Shown: positions 48,915 to 58,267 of the stretch, in pieces | How the letters are laid out: each line of letters starts with the position of its first letter | Position numbering within the stretch: the first letter of the stretch is position 1 | Source: a virus | Length of the DNA: 64,000 nt | Reading direction: 5' to 3' (one strand) | IMG/VR virus record: IMGVR_UViG_3300018080_000123 | Coordinates: 1-64,000 of that record | Notes under the pieces: model-generated | The model's input: only the letters and a program-made list of their open reading frames with translations | Told to the model about the DNA's origin: nothing | Databases searched by the model: none | Position numbers and translations under genes: made by a program

Positions 48915-48987
48915 CTCCGGGGATAGGATTCGAACCTATATATTTCTGATTAACAGTCAGACTCATTGCCAGTTATGATACCCCGGA
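48915..48987 (-). tRNA. tRNA-Asn (GTT), CCA not encoded
   Basis: TCCGGGG/CCCCGGA acceptor stem, TCAT/ATGA D-stem, TCTGA-CTGTTAA-TCAGA anticodon arm, ATAGG-TTCGAAT-CCTAT T-arm, discriminator G. Confidence 0.92.
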
Positions 48988-49411
48988 ATTCAGAAGTCAA
49001 TTCATATTTTTCAGCCCAATTAATCCCCTTTTTTTGATTATTTTTAGGCTTGTTTATTCTCAAAAAAGCTCCATTAGCACTACAAGTTTTAACCGGAATA
49101 ACATAAATATTATCATTCTCTGGACAATATACTGCAAACAAATTGCAGCTATTTTTATAATCCATTTTCTTAGCTCTTTTTCCAGATCCAGAGAAATTAT
49201 AAGTATAAAAATGAATTACTCCTCTTTTTAATCGACCAGTCTTAATCTGAATCTTTAGTAATTTCCCCTCCATATCTGCGATTAGATCATACCTTTGATT
49301 ATCTCCGAATGGAATAGATACAGTTATTCCCAACTCAATAAATCTTGATATAACTTTGGCTTCAGAAATATCGCCAATCTGTTTTGTATTGTTCCTCATA
49401 ATATTAACCAC
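48950..49411 (-). CDS. PD-(D/E)XK homing-type endonuclease (PDDEXK_5 / I-Ssp6803I-like)
   Basis: KQIGDISEAKV, PFGDNQRYDLI, KIQIKT and FAVYCPE motifs; probable start at MRNNTK. Confidence 0.88.
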   Translation of the reverse strand: MVNIMRNNTKQIGDISEAKVISRFIELGITVSIPFGDNQRYDLIADMEGKLLKIQIKTGRLKRGVIHFYTYNFSGSGKRAKKMDYKNSCNLFAVYCPENDNIYVIPVKTCSANGAFLRINKPKNNQKKGINWAEKYELTSEFRGIITGNESDC

Positions 49412-49754
49412 TCGCCAGCACTCTCCTCCTTCTCTTCGTCCACCTCAATGCACTCAATTATACAAATTCCCCCTATGAACATATAACTGAGATCAACATC
49501 CCACGAGTTATCAACGGTCGTCCAATAATCATCTTCGCCGAAACGATATCGATATTTCTTCACACAACCCCATGTCGTTGGTACATCGCTCTCGCATCGA
49601 ATCTTTTTTCCTCACTAACGCCTACGGCGCCTATCTGGAATAAGCTGAATCAAGAATAAAAGACACGCTGCGATTCCTACGCCCATTTTGTCTCCAAAAC
49701 AATACCCGATAATCAAACCGAGAACGATAATTGCGACTCCAGTTGGATTCCAAT

Positions 49755-50033
49755 TCATTTGTTTTCCTCCTCGTATTCAATTCTTGTACACCCAGCATTT
49801 GGCATACCGAAATCCTCCAACGGGCCAAACTCATTTTCCCCGAGCATATATCCTTCATAATACAGTTCTCCGTCATCGTCGAACATCTTGAACTTCCTAC
49901 CGCGGGCAGTTATATGATCGTCATCAAAAGGGCATCCATACGGTCCCGAAATTCCAACTGCGTTACAGTTAGTCTTCAGCGGAGCTTTTGAGTCCGCAAT
50001 ATGATCCTTTGTAATAACCCAACCGTATTCCAT
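49755..50033 (-). CDS. Conserved phage hypothetical protein
   Basis: Start MEYGWVITKD with AGAGGAG RBS; FKMFDDDGELYYEG motif. Confidence 0.6.
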   Translation of the reverse strand: MEYGWVITKDHIADSKAPLKTNCNAVGISGPYGCPFDDDHITARGRKFKMFDDDGELYYEGYMLGENEFGPLEDFGMPNAGCTRIEYEEENK

Positions 50034-50046
50034 CTTTATCTCCTCT

Positions 50047-50235
50047 TTACGCTGCAATTTGCTTTTCTGCAAACCGAGCTGCGTCCGCATAATTGGTAAA
50101 TGTTTTATACTCGCTCTCGATATGTCGATCAACTCTCACATAAAATGTGTGCTCGTTGAGCTTAAGAATCTGGACAAAATGACCGCGGGTGTTCTCGCCT
50201 CTCCAAACCTCTGACTGGTGATAGTTGTTTTTCAT
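50047..50235 (-). CDS. Small hypothetical protein
   Basis: GAGGAGG RBS; downstream of a sigma70-type promoter. Confidence 0.55.
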   Translation of the reverse strand: MKNNYHQSEVWRGENTRGHFVQILKLNEHTFYVRVDRHIESEYKTFTNYADAARFAEKQIAA

Positions 50236-50247
50236 AAATCCTCCTCA

Positions 50248-50604
50248 CTAATCAAGCGTGATCTCATCACGCGTTTTAAGCTGAAAATCCCAACCGCTCA
50301 ACACATACGTGTCCTCTTTCTCAACATCTTCGTTCACCTTGCTCCCGACTCGGTTACCACAAAACAGCGAGGTGAAATCCGATCCAACAATCACACCAGG
50401 CATCTCAACAAAAAAATCAGCCCCTGGTTTTTCCTGATAAACTGGATACCAGCCGGGCTGTACTTCAATGTTCGTGTACCACGCCGCTACCTCATAGTAG
50501 CGTGTAAAGACTGTTTCCTCATTCACGTGAAACCAGCCGATGCGCTTAAACTCAACCTCGACCGAATGACCGTCCCGAATAAGCTTGCGAGTGATTTTTT
50601 CCAT
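50248..50604 (-). CDS. Hypothetical early protein
   Basis: GGGGAGG RBS; first gene after the promoter. Confidence 0.6.
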   Translation of the reverse strand: MEKITRKLIRDGHSVEVEFKRIGWFHVNEETVFTRYYEVAAWYTNIEVQPGWYPVYQEKPGADFFVEMPGVIVGSDFTSLFCGNRVGSKVNEDVEKEDTYVLSGWDFQLKTRDEITLD

Positions 50605-50628
50605 TTGATGTCCTCCCCTCTTTCTTAT

Positions 50629-50657
50629 ATTATAGCTGATTTCGCAGAAAAAGGCAA
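50629..50657 (-). promoter_or_regulatory. Sigma70-type promoter TTGCCT-17-TATAAT
   Basis: -35 at 50652..50657, 17-nt spacer, perfect -10 at 50629..50634. Confidence 0.7.
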
Positions 50658-50668
50658 GGACTTTTTTG

Positions 50669-50872
50669 TCAAGAATGAATATTTTTTGTGCGATCCTCTA
50701 ACACTGTGATTTCATTAGCTAATTCATCTCTACGTTCTTTGAGCTTAGCTTTGAATTGATCTGAGCTCTTATCTAGCTTAGCACAGCGTCTCGGTATATG
50801 ATTGGGATCATTGAAGAATTTACGAGCTCGCTCCAAAGCACTAACTCTACGTTTTTCTTGGTTTTTCTTCAT
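50669..50872 (-). CDS. Small basic hypothetical protein
   Basis: 67 aa with GAGGAGGGAGG RBS. Confidence 0.5.
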   Translation of the reverse strand: MKKNQEKRRVSALERARKFFNDPNHIPRRCAKLDKSSDQFKAKLKERRDELANEITVLEDRTKNIHS

Positions 50873-51026
50873 TTCTCATCTCCCTCCTCATAGGTAATAA
50901 GAACCTTAACTTTACCTTGAAACTCGCCAGGGATATCGGGATTATCATCCCACATCTCGCTAATATCTCTTTCCATATCATAGATATCTTCAAAACCGTA
51001 ATATATTTTCTCAAAGAGAATCTTCT

Positions 51027-51530
51027 TCATGCTGCTTCTCTCCTCATTATCTTAAACCTGAGAAACCATGCTGACGGCGATTCCAATCGACGCTCTACTA
51101 CATAATGATGTTTGAGGATTTCCGCCATATCGCCCCAGCTTATCTTACTCTCAGCTCTTTTCTCTCCTCCATCTTTATTAACTACAGTATATTCCTTTTT
51201 AGCCGGATCATAATCAACGATCAGAAGATAGTGACTATTATCAAGAGGATCGAGTCTATATGACAAAACAATAATCCCGCCTTCTCTAAGATGATTGTTA
51301 ATATCGAGAATCCCAGGCCAATTTTTACGGGTAGTAGTCATGAGCTTAGACATGCTTCTAATGGCGCTAGTAAAATCATTCCAAGAACAACCGTTAGGAT
51401 AGGTGCATTTACAAAGTCTTTGAAAGCGTTTTAGATCTTTATAGGTATACTTAAATCCGGCCCACTTGAGCGCATTAATCAAAGCAACCGGCCCGCAACT
51501 GTAGGTGTCTTTTTGCTTAATATACCTCAT
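51027..51530 (-). CDS. Peptidase C39-like cysteine protease
   Basis: Q..TYSCGPVAL and SHYLLI motifs. Confidence 0.8.
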   Translation of the reverse strand: MRYIKQKDTYSCGPVALINALKWAGFKYTYKDLKRFQRLCKCTYPNGCSWNDFTSAIRSMSKLMTTTRKNWPGILDINNHLREGGIIVLSYRLDPLDNSHYLLIVDYDPAKKEYTVVNKDGGEKRAESKISWGDMAEILKHHYVVERRLESPSAWFLRFKIMRREAA

Positions 51531-52507
51531 TATCTTTCCTCAGTTTTTCTAGTATTTTTTGTTTGGCCTTTTCATCAAATTTGGGCTTTGTACATTGATC
51601 TCTCATGAAGAGGCGATAGCACTCCGGACTGCAAAGGTGTAATATTCCCACCTGAGTTTTAAGATGCACAAATCCTTTAGGCAATGGCTTAAAAGATGTC
51701 ACCATTTTTTTACACCAATCGCATTCATACCCCTCGCCTTTAATCATTTCTTTTCCCAATCTTCCCAGTTTTGGCCTAACATCTTCATTGCCTTCTTGCA
51801 AATATCTTGACCAGCCATTTGAGTATCTCTCCAGTTACCATTCCACATGGCATCGCACATTTCAGCTATCGCACGCCAAGAATAGTTATGCTCCATATAC
51901 ATCCTGCGAATCCAGTTAGCTTGCCGCCTTGTCATGTCTTCGAAGTTATCGTCCCACCTAGGCATTTTATTCAGGAACCTCGACCTTTTCATTCTCATTA
52001 CCACCCCTCGGTCCTCCGTTCCTCGTCCTCTCTCTCCTCTGAATGCTCTTGACAGCATTTCATTGAACAATAGTGGTATTGGCGCTTCTTGCCTCGGATT
52101 ACGATAGGCTTCATAATTTGTTCATAATCCAGAACTTTTCTACATTGATCGCAAATATTGCAGTATAGCTTTTCTACCATGTCCCCTACTTTCTTTATAC
52201 AGCAACTGTCTCGTCCACGCCGTCTGTTTTTATATTTTTTACGGCTCAAGGATGGTCCGCTAAATTATTTTATATGCGGAAGACCCTGACAGACGATTGC
52301 TATTTTTTAATTTGATTCCAATTGAGACCTTTCTTAATAACACTAACCCCGCCAGTCCTTAGACAAATCCAAGTCGTTCGTCCACATTTGTTACAGTGGT
52401 AGACTGTATTGAATTTGTCACAAACGTAATTCCAATCCGACTCCCCACAGCCGCAAACCGTCCTATAATTATCCTGTTGTTCGGCTCTCCAGCTTTTGAT
52501 ATGCTGT

Positions 52508-52735
52508 TTAATTGTTGTGTTCTTCATCCCATCCGCCTTCTGCTATTTGGTTGTCAATAAATTTGAACAGCTTTTCGTGCCTACCTATCTTGATCATATC
52601 GAGTGGGCTAATTCCTCCGAGAAGCGGGTTTGGCGTTTCGAACCAAAGTATGCCTTTTGCGTAACCGAGCACGCGCTCCACCTTCTTGTGGTATTTATTA
52701 ACGCGCCTTTGTAGCTCGTATGGATCTTCTTTCAT
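52508..52735 (-). CDS. Orphan Xre/MbcA/ParS antitoxin C-terminal (toxin-binding) domain
   Basis: LWFETPNPLLGGISPLDMI..G motif. Confidence 0.8.
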   Translation of the reverse strand: MKEDPYELQRRVNKYHKKVERVLGYAKGILWFETPNPLLGGISPLDMIKIGRHEKLFKFIDNQIAEGGWDEEHNN

Positions 52736-52759
52736 GATATTATCTATAGGTGTAAACGC

Positions 52760-53341
52760 CTATTCCTCCTCATTCTCTTCTAGGTCTTCTCGAGCCTTAA
52801 TATCCTCATCGCTATCCCCTTCTCTCGCATGTTCATTACAACTCACATAGAGCCATCCTTGGCCACGCAGGCTCCCATATTTACCGCATTCTTCGCACGT
52901 GTGATATGATACTCTCTCAGCGAGACTGATAAGACTATGAATTCTACTATTACAAGCCTGAGTATAGAAGCGCAAACCCCCAAATTTCTCTTTTACCTGA
53001 GTAACTTCAAATACTCCCGAATCTGACCACATAATCCAGCGAGCAATAGGCCCAAAGTCCGTTTTCCGATAAAGCCACTTTGGCTGATGTCTAAACATCA
53101 ACCTATTCCACTTCCGAGCAAACCAACTTTTCAAAAGAGCCCGCCTGATTTTAAGCCAGGTGTGCCCACAATTTCTCTTGAGCTCGTCCTCGATAGCCAA
53201 ACTGAGCATCCATAAGAGGTCAAACCAACCATCCCCACAACTGAAACCCCAACACATACAAGTCTGGCGCATGTCTTTGTAGTAGCCTCGATACAGGAGC
53301 GGAAAACGTTTAAGTAATTTTTTCGTATTCTCCTTATTCAT
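52760..53341 (-). CDS. Conserved phage hypothetical protein
   Basis: CGDGWFDLL, QVKEKFGGLRFY and CEECG motifs. Confidence 0.7.
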   Translation of the reverse strand: MNKENTKKLLKRFPLLYRGYYKDMRQTCMCWGFSCGDGWFDLLWMLSLAIEDELKRNCGHTWLKIRRALLKSWFARKWNRLMFRHQPKWLYRKTDFGPIARWIMWSDSGVFEVTQVKEKFGGLRFYTQACNSRIHSLISLAERVSYHTCEECGKYGSLRGQGWLYVSCNEHAREGDSDEDIKAREDLEENEEE

Positions 53342-53539
53342 ATTTAACCACCTCTCTACTATTGTTCCTTTTTAATAAATCATTTACATTAAGTTCAATT
53401 CTTATTTCAGGTTTAATCTCTTGACTGGGCTCTAAGTCGATATTTCTTATCGAATGATTGGTATTCTTCTTAGTGCTCAATATTCTGTCTTGTCCATAAA
53501 CCGGGCCAAACACAATCATAAATATTATAATCATCCAAA

Positions 53540-53845
53540 TCAATCTAAATCCTCCAGAAAACGATCTAAATTCTCCTGTTCTTGTTCAGATGTAAGATCT
53601 TTGAATCCGTGCTTTTTCCTAATCTTCTTGGCAGAAATCTTCTTAACCTTTCCTCTCTTAGGCTGCCAAGGCTCGGAGACCCTTGTTCCAGTACTATCAA
53701 CAAAAACCGGACCACATCCTTCACATAAAGCAGCCACTTTCTCTCCATCTTTGCACAGGCCGGTCAGATCCCCAAAATCTTGACCAAAAAGCTTGATTGA
53801 GCACTGTTTACAAAAATCTGCCATTTTACCTTTCAATTGGAACAA
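53540..53845 (-). CDS. Small Zn-binding protein
   Basis: MADFCKQC..LCEGCG; probable start at MADF. Confidence 0.55.
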   Translation of the reverse strand: MFQLKGKMADFCKQCSIKLFGQDFGDLTGLCKDGEKVAALCEGCGPVFVDSTGTRVSEPWQPKRGKVKKISAKKIRKKHGFKDLTSEQEQENLDRFLEDLD

Positions 53846-54152
53846 TATCTTGTCTCTCTGCTATAACAATCTCTTCTAGTGCATCCATTGCCTCATTTGC
53901 CTCATCTATCTTCCCGCGCACTCTCAGCGACTGAATAGTTGTTAAATATCGCTTTCTGAGTCGATCGTGGTGTTGCATAGCCTCTGTTCTAGTGTTGAAC
54001 TCCTTCTCGTCTACTCTTTCCTCGTTTGACTGCCTGACTAAAAAGTATTTCATTTAACCCTCTTTGGCCATTTGCCTACCATACCTCCAAAAATGTATGG
54101 AGCAAATCGCCCTAAACTAATTTCCCAATATTCACAAAAATCCCAAATTTGC

Positions 54153-54725
54153 TTAAATACCCAACGAATCATAATACTTCTTACCTGTAAAATATTCTAC
54201 AATTATGTGCACATCTCCAAGCTGAAGACCATGCAAGGGATTTGTTTTATGCAAATGATCCATGTACGGCTCCATATCGGAGTAGTCGTCTAAAATTACA
54301 AACTTTGATGGATGCCCATTCTTCTTAATCCATTCATCAATCTCTGCCCCTCTCTCATGACGAGGTTCTGATATCCTAGATGGACACAACGTAGGAGTTA
54401 CCCCTTTGATTCTCTTATAATAGTCTCCTTTGAGCCAATCTTTGAACATAGTTTGAAGCTCTTTTAAGTTCTTCCAATTGCGCCAGGCACTTGAAATAAC
54501 AATCACAACATCTGGACATTTTTTAAGAATTTGAATAAGGTTGCCGAGAGCAATTGGACAGGGACGTTGGTCCCAACTAGGAGGGATCGGATAATAAAGA
54601 TTTCGATACATTACCTCACTCTGATATGAGTTCAGCACCCCATCAATATCAAGAAAAAGAACCTGGCGGTACTTTGGAATACTTGAGGTAAATTTTGTAG
54701 ACTTGTTTGTATTTCTTTTTACCAT
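54153..54725 (-). CDS. HAD-family phosphatase (Swiss Army Knife RNA-repair-like HAD domain)
   Basis: FLDIDGVLN, ISSAWR, RG.EI..W and FVILDD motifs. Confidence 0.88.
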   Translation of the reverse strand: MVKRNTNKSTKFTSSIPKYRQVLFLDIDGVLNSYQSEVMYRNLYYPIPPSWDQRPCPIALGNLIQILKKCPDVVIVISSAWRNWKNLKELQTMFKDWLKGDYYKRIKGVTPTLCPSRISEPRHERGAEIDEWIKKNGHPSKFVILDDYSDMEPYMDHLHKTNPLHGLQLGDVHIIVEYFTGKKYYDSLGI

Positions 54726-54910
54726 CGTAATCTAAATCCCAATAAAATGGGTCTCCATTTTTACTCATTTCAAACTCTAAACCCCAACATGTATACATAC
54801 ACTCTTTTGGACCAATCATTTGAGCCGCTTTCTCATGCTCCTCAAGGGAGTCATCTAAAATATAGCAACCTCTATAATTATACTTCTTGTATAGTTTTTC
54901 CCAAAACTCC

Positions 54911-55219
54911 CTACTCACTCCTTATCTCCTCTGCCTCTGCAACTAGCTTTTGTCTTCTTTCTTCAAGTTTTTTGACGAGTTCATTGGCCTGTCTAACATA
55001 ATCTTTTGCGTCTTTGATATCAATATCGCATTGCAAAATTTGACGCATTTTTATGGCATGCTCCTTATTAACTGCTCCTGGGGTATCTTTCACCAGACAT
55101 TCCTCGCATACCCAACACCTATAAACTTCCTCGCCCGTCATAAACTTATATGTTCGAAACCCACTTCTTCCTATCGTTATCTCTTCGTTACATGAGCTAC
55201 AAATAAAACCCACTTCCAT
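54911..55219 (-). CDS. Zn-finger / coiled-coil hypothetical protein
   Basis: CSSC..CEEC; GGAGG RBS; TATAAT at 55237..55242. Confidence 0.55.
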   Translation of the reverse strand: MEVGFICSSCNEEITIGRSGFRTYKFMTGEEVYRCWVCEECLVKDTPGAVNKEHAIKMRQILQCDIDIKDAKDYVRQANELVKKLEERRQKLVAEAEEIRSE

Positions 55220-55244
55220 TTCTATCCTCCGTACTTATTATACA

Positions 55245-55282
55245 GGGAAAGGGATTAGTCTTTTTACAACTAACCCCTTCCC
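55245..55282 (-). terminator. Hairpin after the major capsid gene
   Basis: GGGAAGGGGTTAGT/ACTAATCCCTTTCCC, 14 bp with G-U pairs on the minus strand; no U-tract. Confidence 0.6.
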
Positions 55283-55314
55283 GTCTATATGAATCTGTAA
55301 TTAGATTCTAGATC

Positions 55315-56781
55315 TTATGAACGCCCAATGTTCTTCACGATACAATTCTTGCGAGGTGTATACATATGAAGAGCACCGTACATCAGCTGCATCCATCGAT
55401 AGTTCGTACCAAGCAATGCAAGGTCGATCTTCATCATGGTAAGAAGCTGTTTGAACGCAAAGTTGTCCTCGTTTACCTGCATGAGGTAAGCTTTGGACAA
55501 ACCAGGCATACTAGCGTTGAAGTCAATATCCAAATCACGGAAGTCACCGTCACCAGCGTGGAAGTTTGCAGGCTTCACGCGGCCGATAAACTCATGATTG
55601 CTCGACCCAGCCTTGGGTGAGCGGAAGATATTGAAATACTGAACACCACTCGGATTCGAACCCGGGAGAATATCCAGCACGACTTTGTCGCCAGCGGCCA
55701 CGGTAACTGCCTTAGCAGCGCTTGCCAACGTTTCACCGTCGGAATACACTGCTGAACACTTATACTCGTAAGCGCCAACGTCAACAGCCGCAAACTGAGA
55801 ACTACCAGAAGCCGGGCTGTTGTCGCCTGAGTTCGCATCCTGAAGGGTAGGGGCCGATTCAGCTGAAACGGCCGCAGCCAACGGAATACGACGAGGACGC
55901 TGGAACACGCCAGACTTAAGGTTGAAAGTACCAGAACCGGAAACGAACTGCTTCACAACGTAACCAGCTTTTCCTTCCATACCGAGCGTATTGATGCGCT
56001 CCTTGGCATAGAAAGCACGACTGAAGTCACTGTGGGCTTTCGTATCCATATACATATCCGTGCACATACCGAAATTGTTGGCCTGAACGAGGGCTGCCTC
56101 TTCGAGGATTTCCTCATCCAAAACCTCTCCACTCTGGAGATCATTTCGTTTGTCGAGGATGATGGTATCTGCGCCACTCAGCACATTGTAACCATCAAAG
56201 GCCTGAGCTTTAAACTCAGCCTGGCTCTCTTTGTCGCCAATCTGCTTATCAATACCGTCGAATTCGAGGCCATTGATTGAACTGTCGGCTGAAAAGAGGG
56301 CTCGCTCAAGCTGGGCCAGAATCCAAAGAGCACCATTCTTGATCTCTCTCTGAACGATCGGACCATGAGCTTGCCTAACCAGCATAACGTCGTGGTTAAT
56401 CTGTTTCTGAACGCCCATGTACTTGATCTGCACCACGTTTCGGTCATAACCGGAATCCGCAGTTGCTGGAGCCGAGGCCATTGTGAAAAATGGAGGAATC
56501 TGGGCGCCATAACTGTTGTTCGTATTCGCTTGTTCAACCGTGTTGTATGCAGGAGTCTTCGGAATATCATTCCAAAGAAGCAGGTGCTTTTGTTCGTGGG
56601 TCACCACTCGGAGGGTCTTATCCAAAGATTCGACCTGGAGAGCGGGAGCACCTGTAAAATCACCCGGAAGAGTATCCGAATAATTTTGGCTTGCAAAGCT
56701 GAGGGCTTTGCTGATTTCTTCAAGAAGCTGGGGAGCATCAGCTCCAAAACCAGTCAATGAAGAAGGATTGCTATTTTGCAT
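55315..56781 (-). CDS. Major capsid protein (SPO1/Twort-type HK97 fold)
   Basis: ALQVESLDKTL, LWNDIPKTPAYNTV and YGALHMYTPRK..KNIG motifs; 488 aa; probable processing at ISK|A. Confidence 0.93.
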   Translation of the reverse strand: MQNSNPSSLTGFGADAPQLLEEISKALSFASQNYSDTLPGDFTGAPALQVESLDKTLRVVTHEQKHLLLWNDIPKTPAYNTVEQANTNNSYGAQIPPFFTMASAPATADSGYDRNVVQIKYMGVQKQINHDVMLVRQAHGPIVQREIKNGALWILAQLERALFSADSSINGLEFDGIDKQIGDKESQAEFKAQAFDGYNVLSGADTIILDKRNDLQSGEVLDEEILEEAALVQANNFGMCTDMYMDTKAHSDFSRAFYAKERINTLGMEGKAGYVVKQFVSGSGTFNLKSGVFQRPRRIPLAAAVSAESAPTLQDANSGDNSPASGSSQFAAVDVGAYEYKCSAVYSDGETLASAAKAVTVAAGDKVVLDILPGSNPSGVQYFNIFRSPKAGSSNHEFIGRVKPANFHAGDGDFRDLDIDFNASMPGLSKAYLMQVNEDNFAFKQLLTMMKIDLALLGTNYRWMQLMYGALHMYTPRKNCIVKNIGRS

Positions 56782-56796
56782 TGATTAATACTCCCT

Positions 56797-57426
56797 TTAC
56801 TTTAACTCTTTAATTGCCTGTTCAACAACTTCTCGATCCTTGGCATCAAGAATCTGAGACGTTGCCTCATAACCACTCAGTGAGGCGCCGGAAATCTTTC
56901 CAGCTTTCCAAAGCTCTTCCATTGTATCAAGAACCTGGGACTTAGAAATTTTCTTTGGTCCCTCATTCTCAGAAGCCGTATGAAATGACTTTTTAACTTC
57001 GTTCACCTTGTCAACCGACTGACGACCGGTCTTAGGAGCGCGAAGGGCTTTAGTCAACTCATTAACAGCTTCTCGGAGATCTTTGATTTCCTCTTGGACG
57101 ACGCTCTGAATCGACTTCTTGAATTCCTCTTCTTTCTTAGCCGACTCTTCTTTTGCCTTCTGCTCTTTTGCAGCTTTCAGCAACTGAAGATCTTCAGCTG
57201 TAATCTCGATGGATTCAGGAGTCTCTTCATCTTCTGAGCCTTCTTCTGACTTCTCAACCTGCTCATCGCCAGTCTCGTCATCAGTAGAATCGGCTTCAGC
57301 CACCTCTTCGTCCTTGAGGTACTCATCGATAAGATCATCGATGGACTTCTCAAGCTCTTCGTCAGTAACAGTTTCGCTGTCCTGCTCTTCAAGCTTGGTC
57401 TTCTCAAGATCAGACATTTTCACCAT
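56797..57426 (-). CDS. Capsid scaffolding protein
   Basis: Acidic coiled-coil protein directly before the MCP, with multiple KS/KA sites. Confidence 0.75.
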   Translation of the reverse strand: MVKMSDLEKTKLEEQDSETVTDEELEKSIDDLIDEYLKDEEVAEADSTDDETGDEQVEKSEEGSEDEETPESIEITAEDLQLLKAAKEQKAKEESAKKEEEFKKSIQSVVQEEIKDLREAVNELTKALRAPKTGRQSVDKVNEVKKSFHTASENEGPKKISKSQVLDTMEELWKAGKISGASLSGYEATSQILDAKDREVVEQAIKELK

Positions 57427-57433
57427 TCTCCTT

Positions 57434-58267
57434 TTATTGTTTGTTATCGGACTCAGATGTTGTATCTGAATCCCCCTGTAGAAGTTTCTTTTGCCACTTT
57501 TCCGTTGTAATCTCGATTATCGTTTGATAATCGGTTTCTGGAAACCTTTCTTTAACCTCCTTTAATATTGCTTTAAAGATTTGCTTACGTTTCTGTCTAG
57601 ATATGTCATCATTTGCACTAAGTAAATCACAGCCTTTAATTTTGTTTTTGCCTTTACCGGGCCCCATCCCACGCCCACTAGAGCCCTGAACTGAACCTTT
57701 TCCATCTCTCTGGAATACTAACTTCTTCTTCCCTTCTTTAGTTGTCTCTACCTCGAACTGTCTATTCTTATCTTTCGGATCTTTGACAACAATAGCACCC
57801 TTCTTAATCCCTTCCTTTTTAGCCTTATCTTCCATTGTCTTGAGACGAGTATAATAATCCGAAATTTCTGCTAAGTGATCTTTTGCAATTTCTTTAGCCT
57901 TGGTTTTATCCTTTGTATGCTCCATCTCAACTTTAATACCCATAGCTAACTGCTTTGGGTCAAAATCACTATCGGGCCTTCCAGCTGCCTTTCCTCCAGG
58001 GATTTTCTCAGCCTTGGCTAGATTTGATAAAAGCTTTTCGTCTTCTTTAATTACCTGCTCAACGTCCGACTTCTCTACATTTTCGCCCTTATGTTTCTGT
58101 TTGCGCTTTTTCTTCTTCTTTCTAGCAAGGCTCTCTGTTGTTGTTACCACAGCCCCACTCATGTCTCCTGGCAACGTATTGGCATAACTAGGACCGCCCG
58201 CACCAATAGTGAGCGCTTTTTTAAATACTCTAAGGAGCTGTTCTAGTTTTGTCTTTTCAATTTTCAT
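57434..58267 (-). CDS. Modular head protein with MCP-N-arm-like segment and DUF5661-like domain
   Basis: TLPGDMSGA..ESL; QLAMGIKVEMEHT..AKEIAKDHLAE..DYYTRL. Confidence 0.7.
   Translation of the reverse strand: MKIEKTKLEQLLRVFKKALTIGAGGPSYANTLPGDMSGAVVTTTESLARKKKKKRKQKHKGENVEKSDVEQVIKEDEKLLSNLAKAEKIPGGKAAGRPDSDFDPKQLAMGIKVEMEHTKDKTKAKEIAKDHLAEISDYYTRLKTMEDKAKKEGIKKGAIVVKDPKDKNRQFEVETTKEGKKKLVFQRDGKGSVQGSSGRGMGPGKGKNKIKGCDLLSANDDISRQKRKQIFKAILKEVKERFPETDYQTIIEITTEKWQKKLLQGDSDTTSESDNKQ

Noticed and set aside
49631-49876. 81-aa minus-strand ORF from the track
   Set aside because: It overlaps the better-supported 49755..50033 gene and a short membrane ORF starting near 49758 (MNWNPTGVAIIVLG) in another frame
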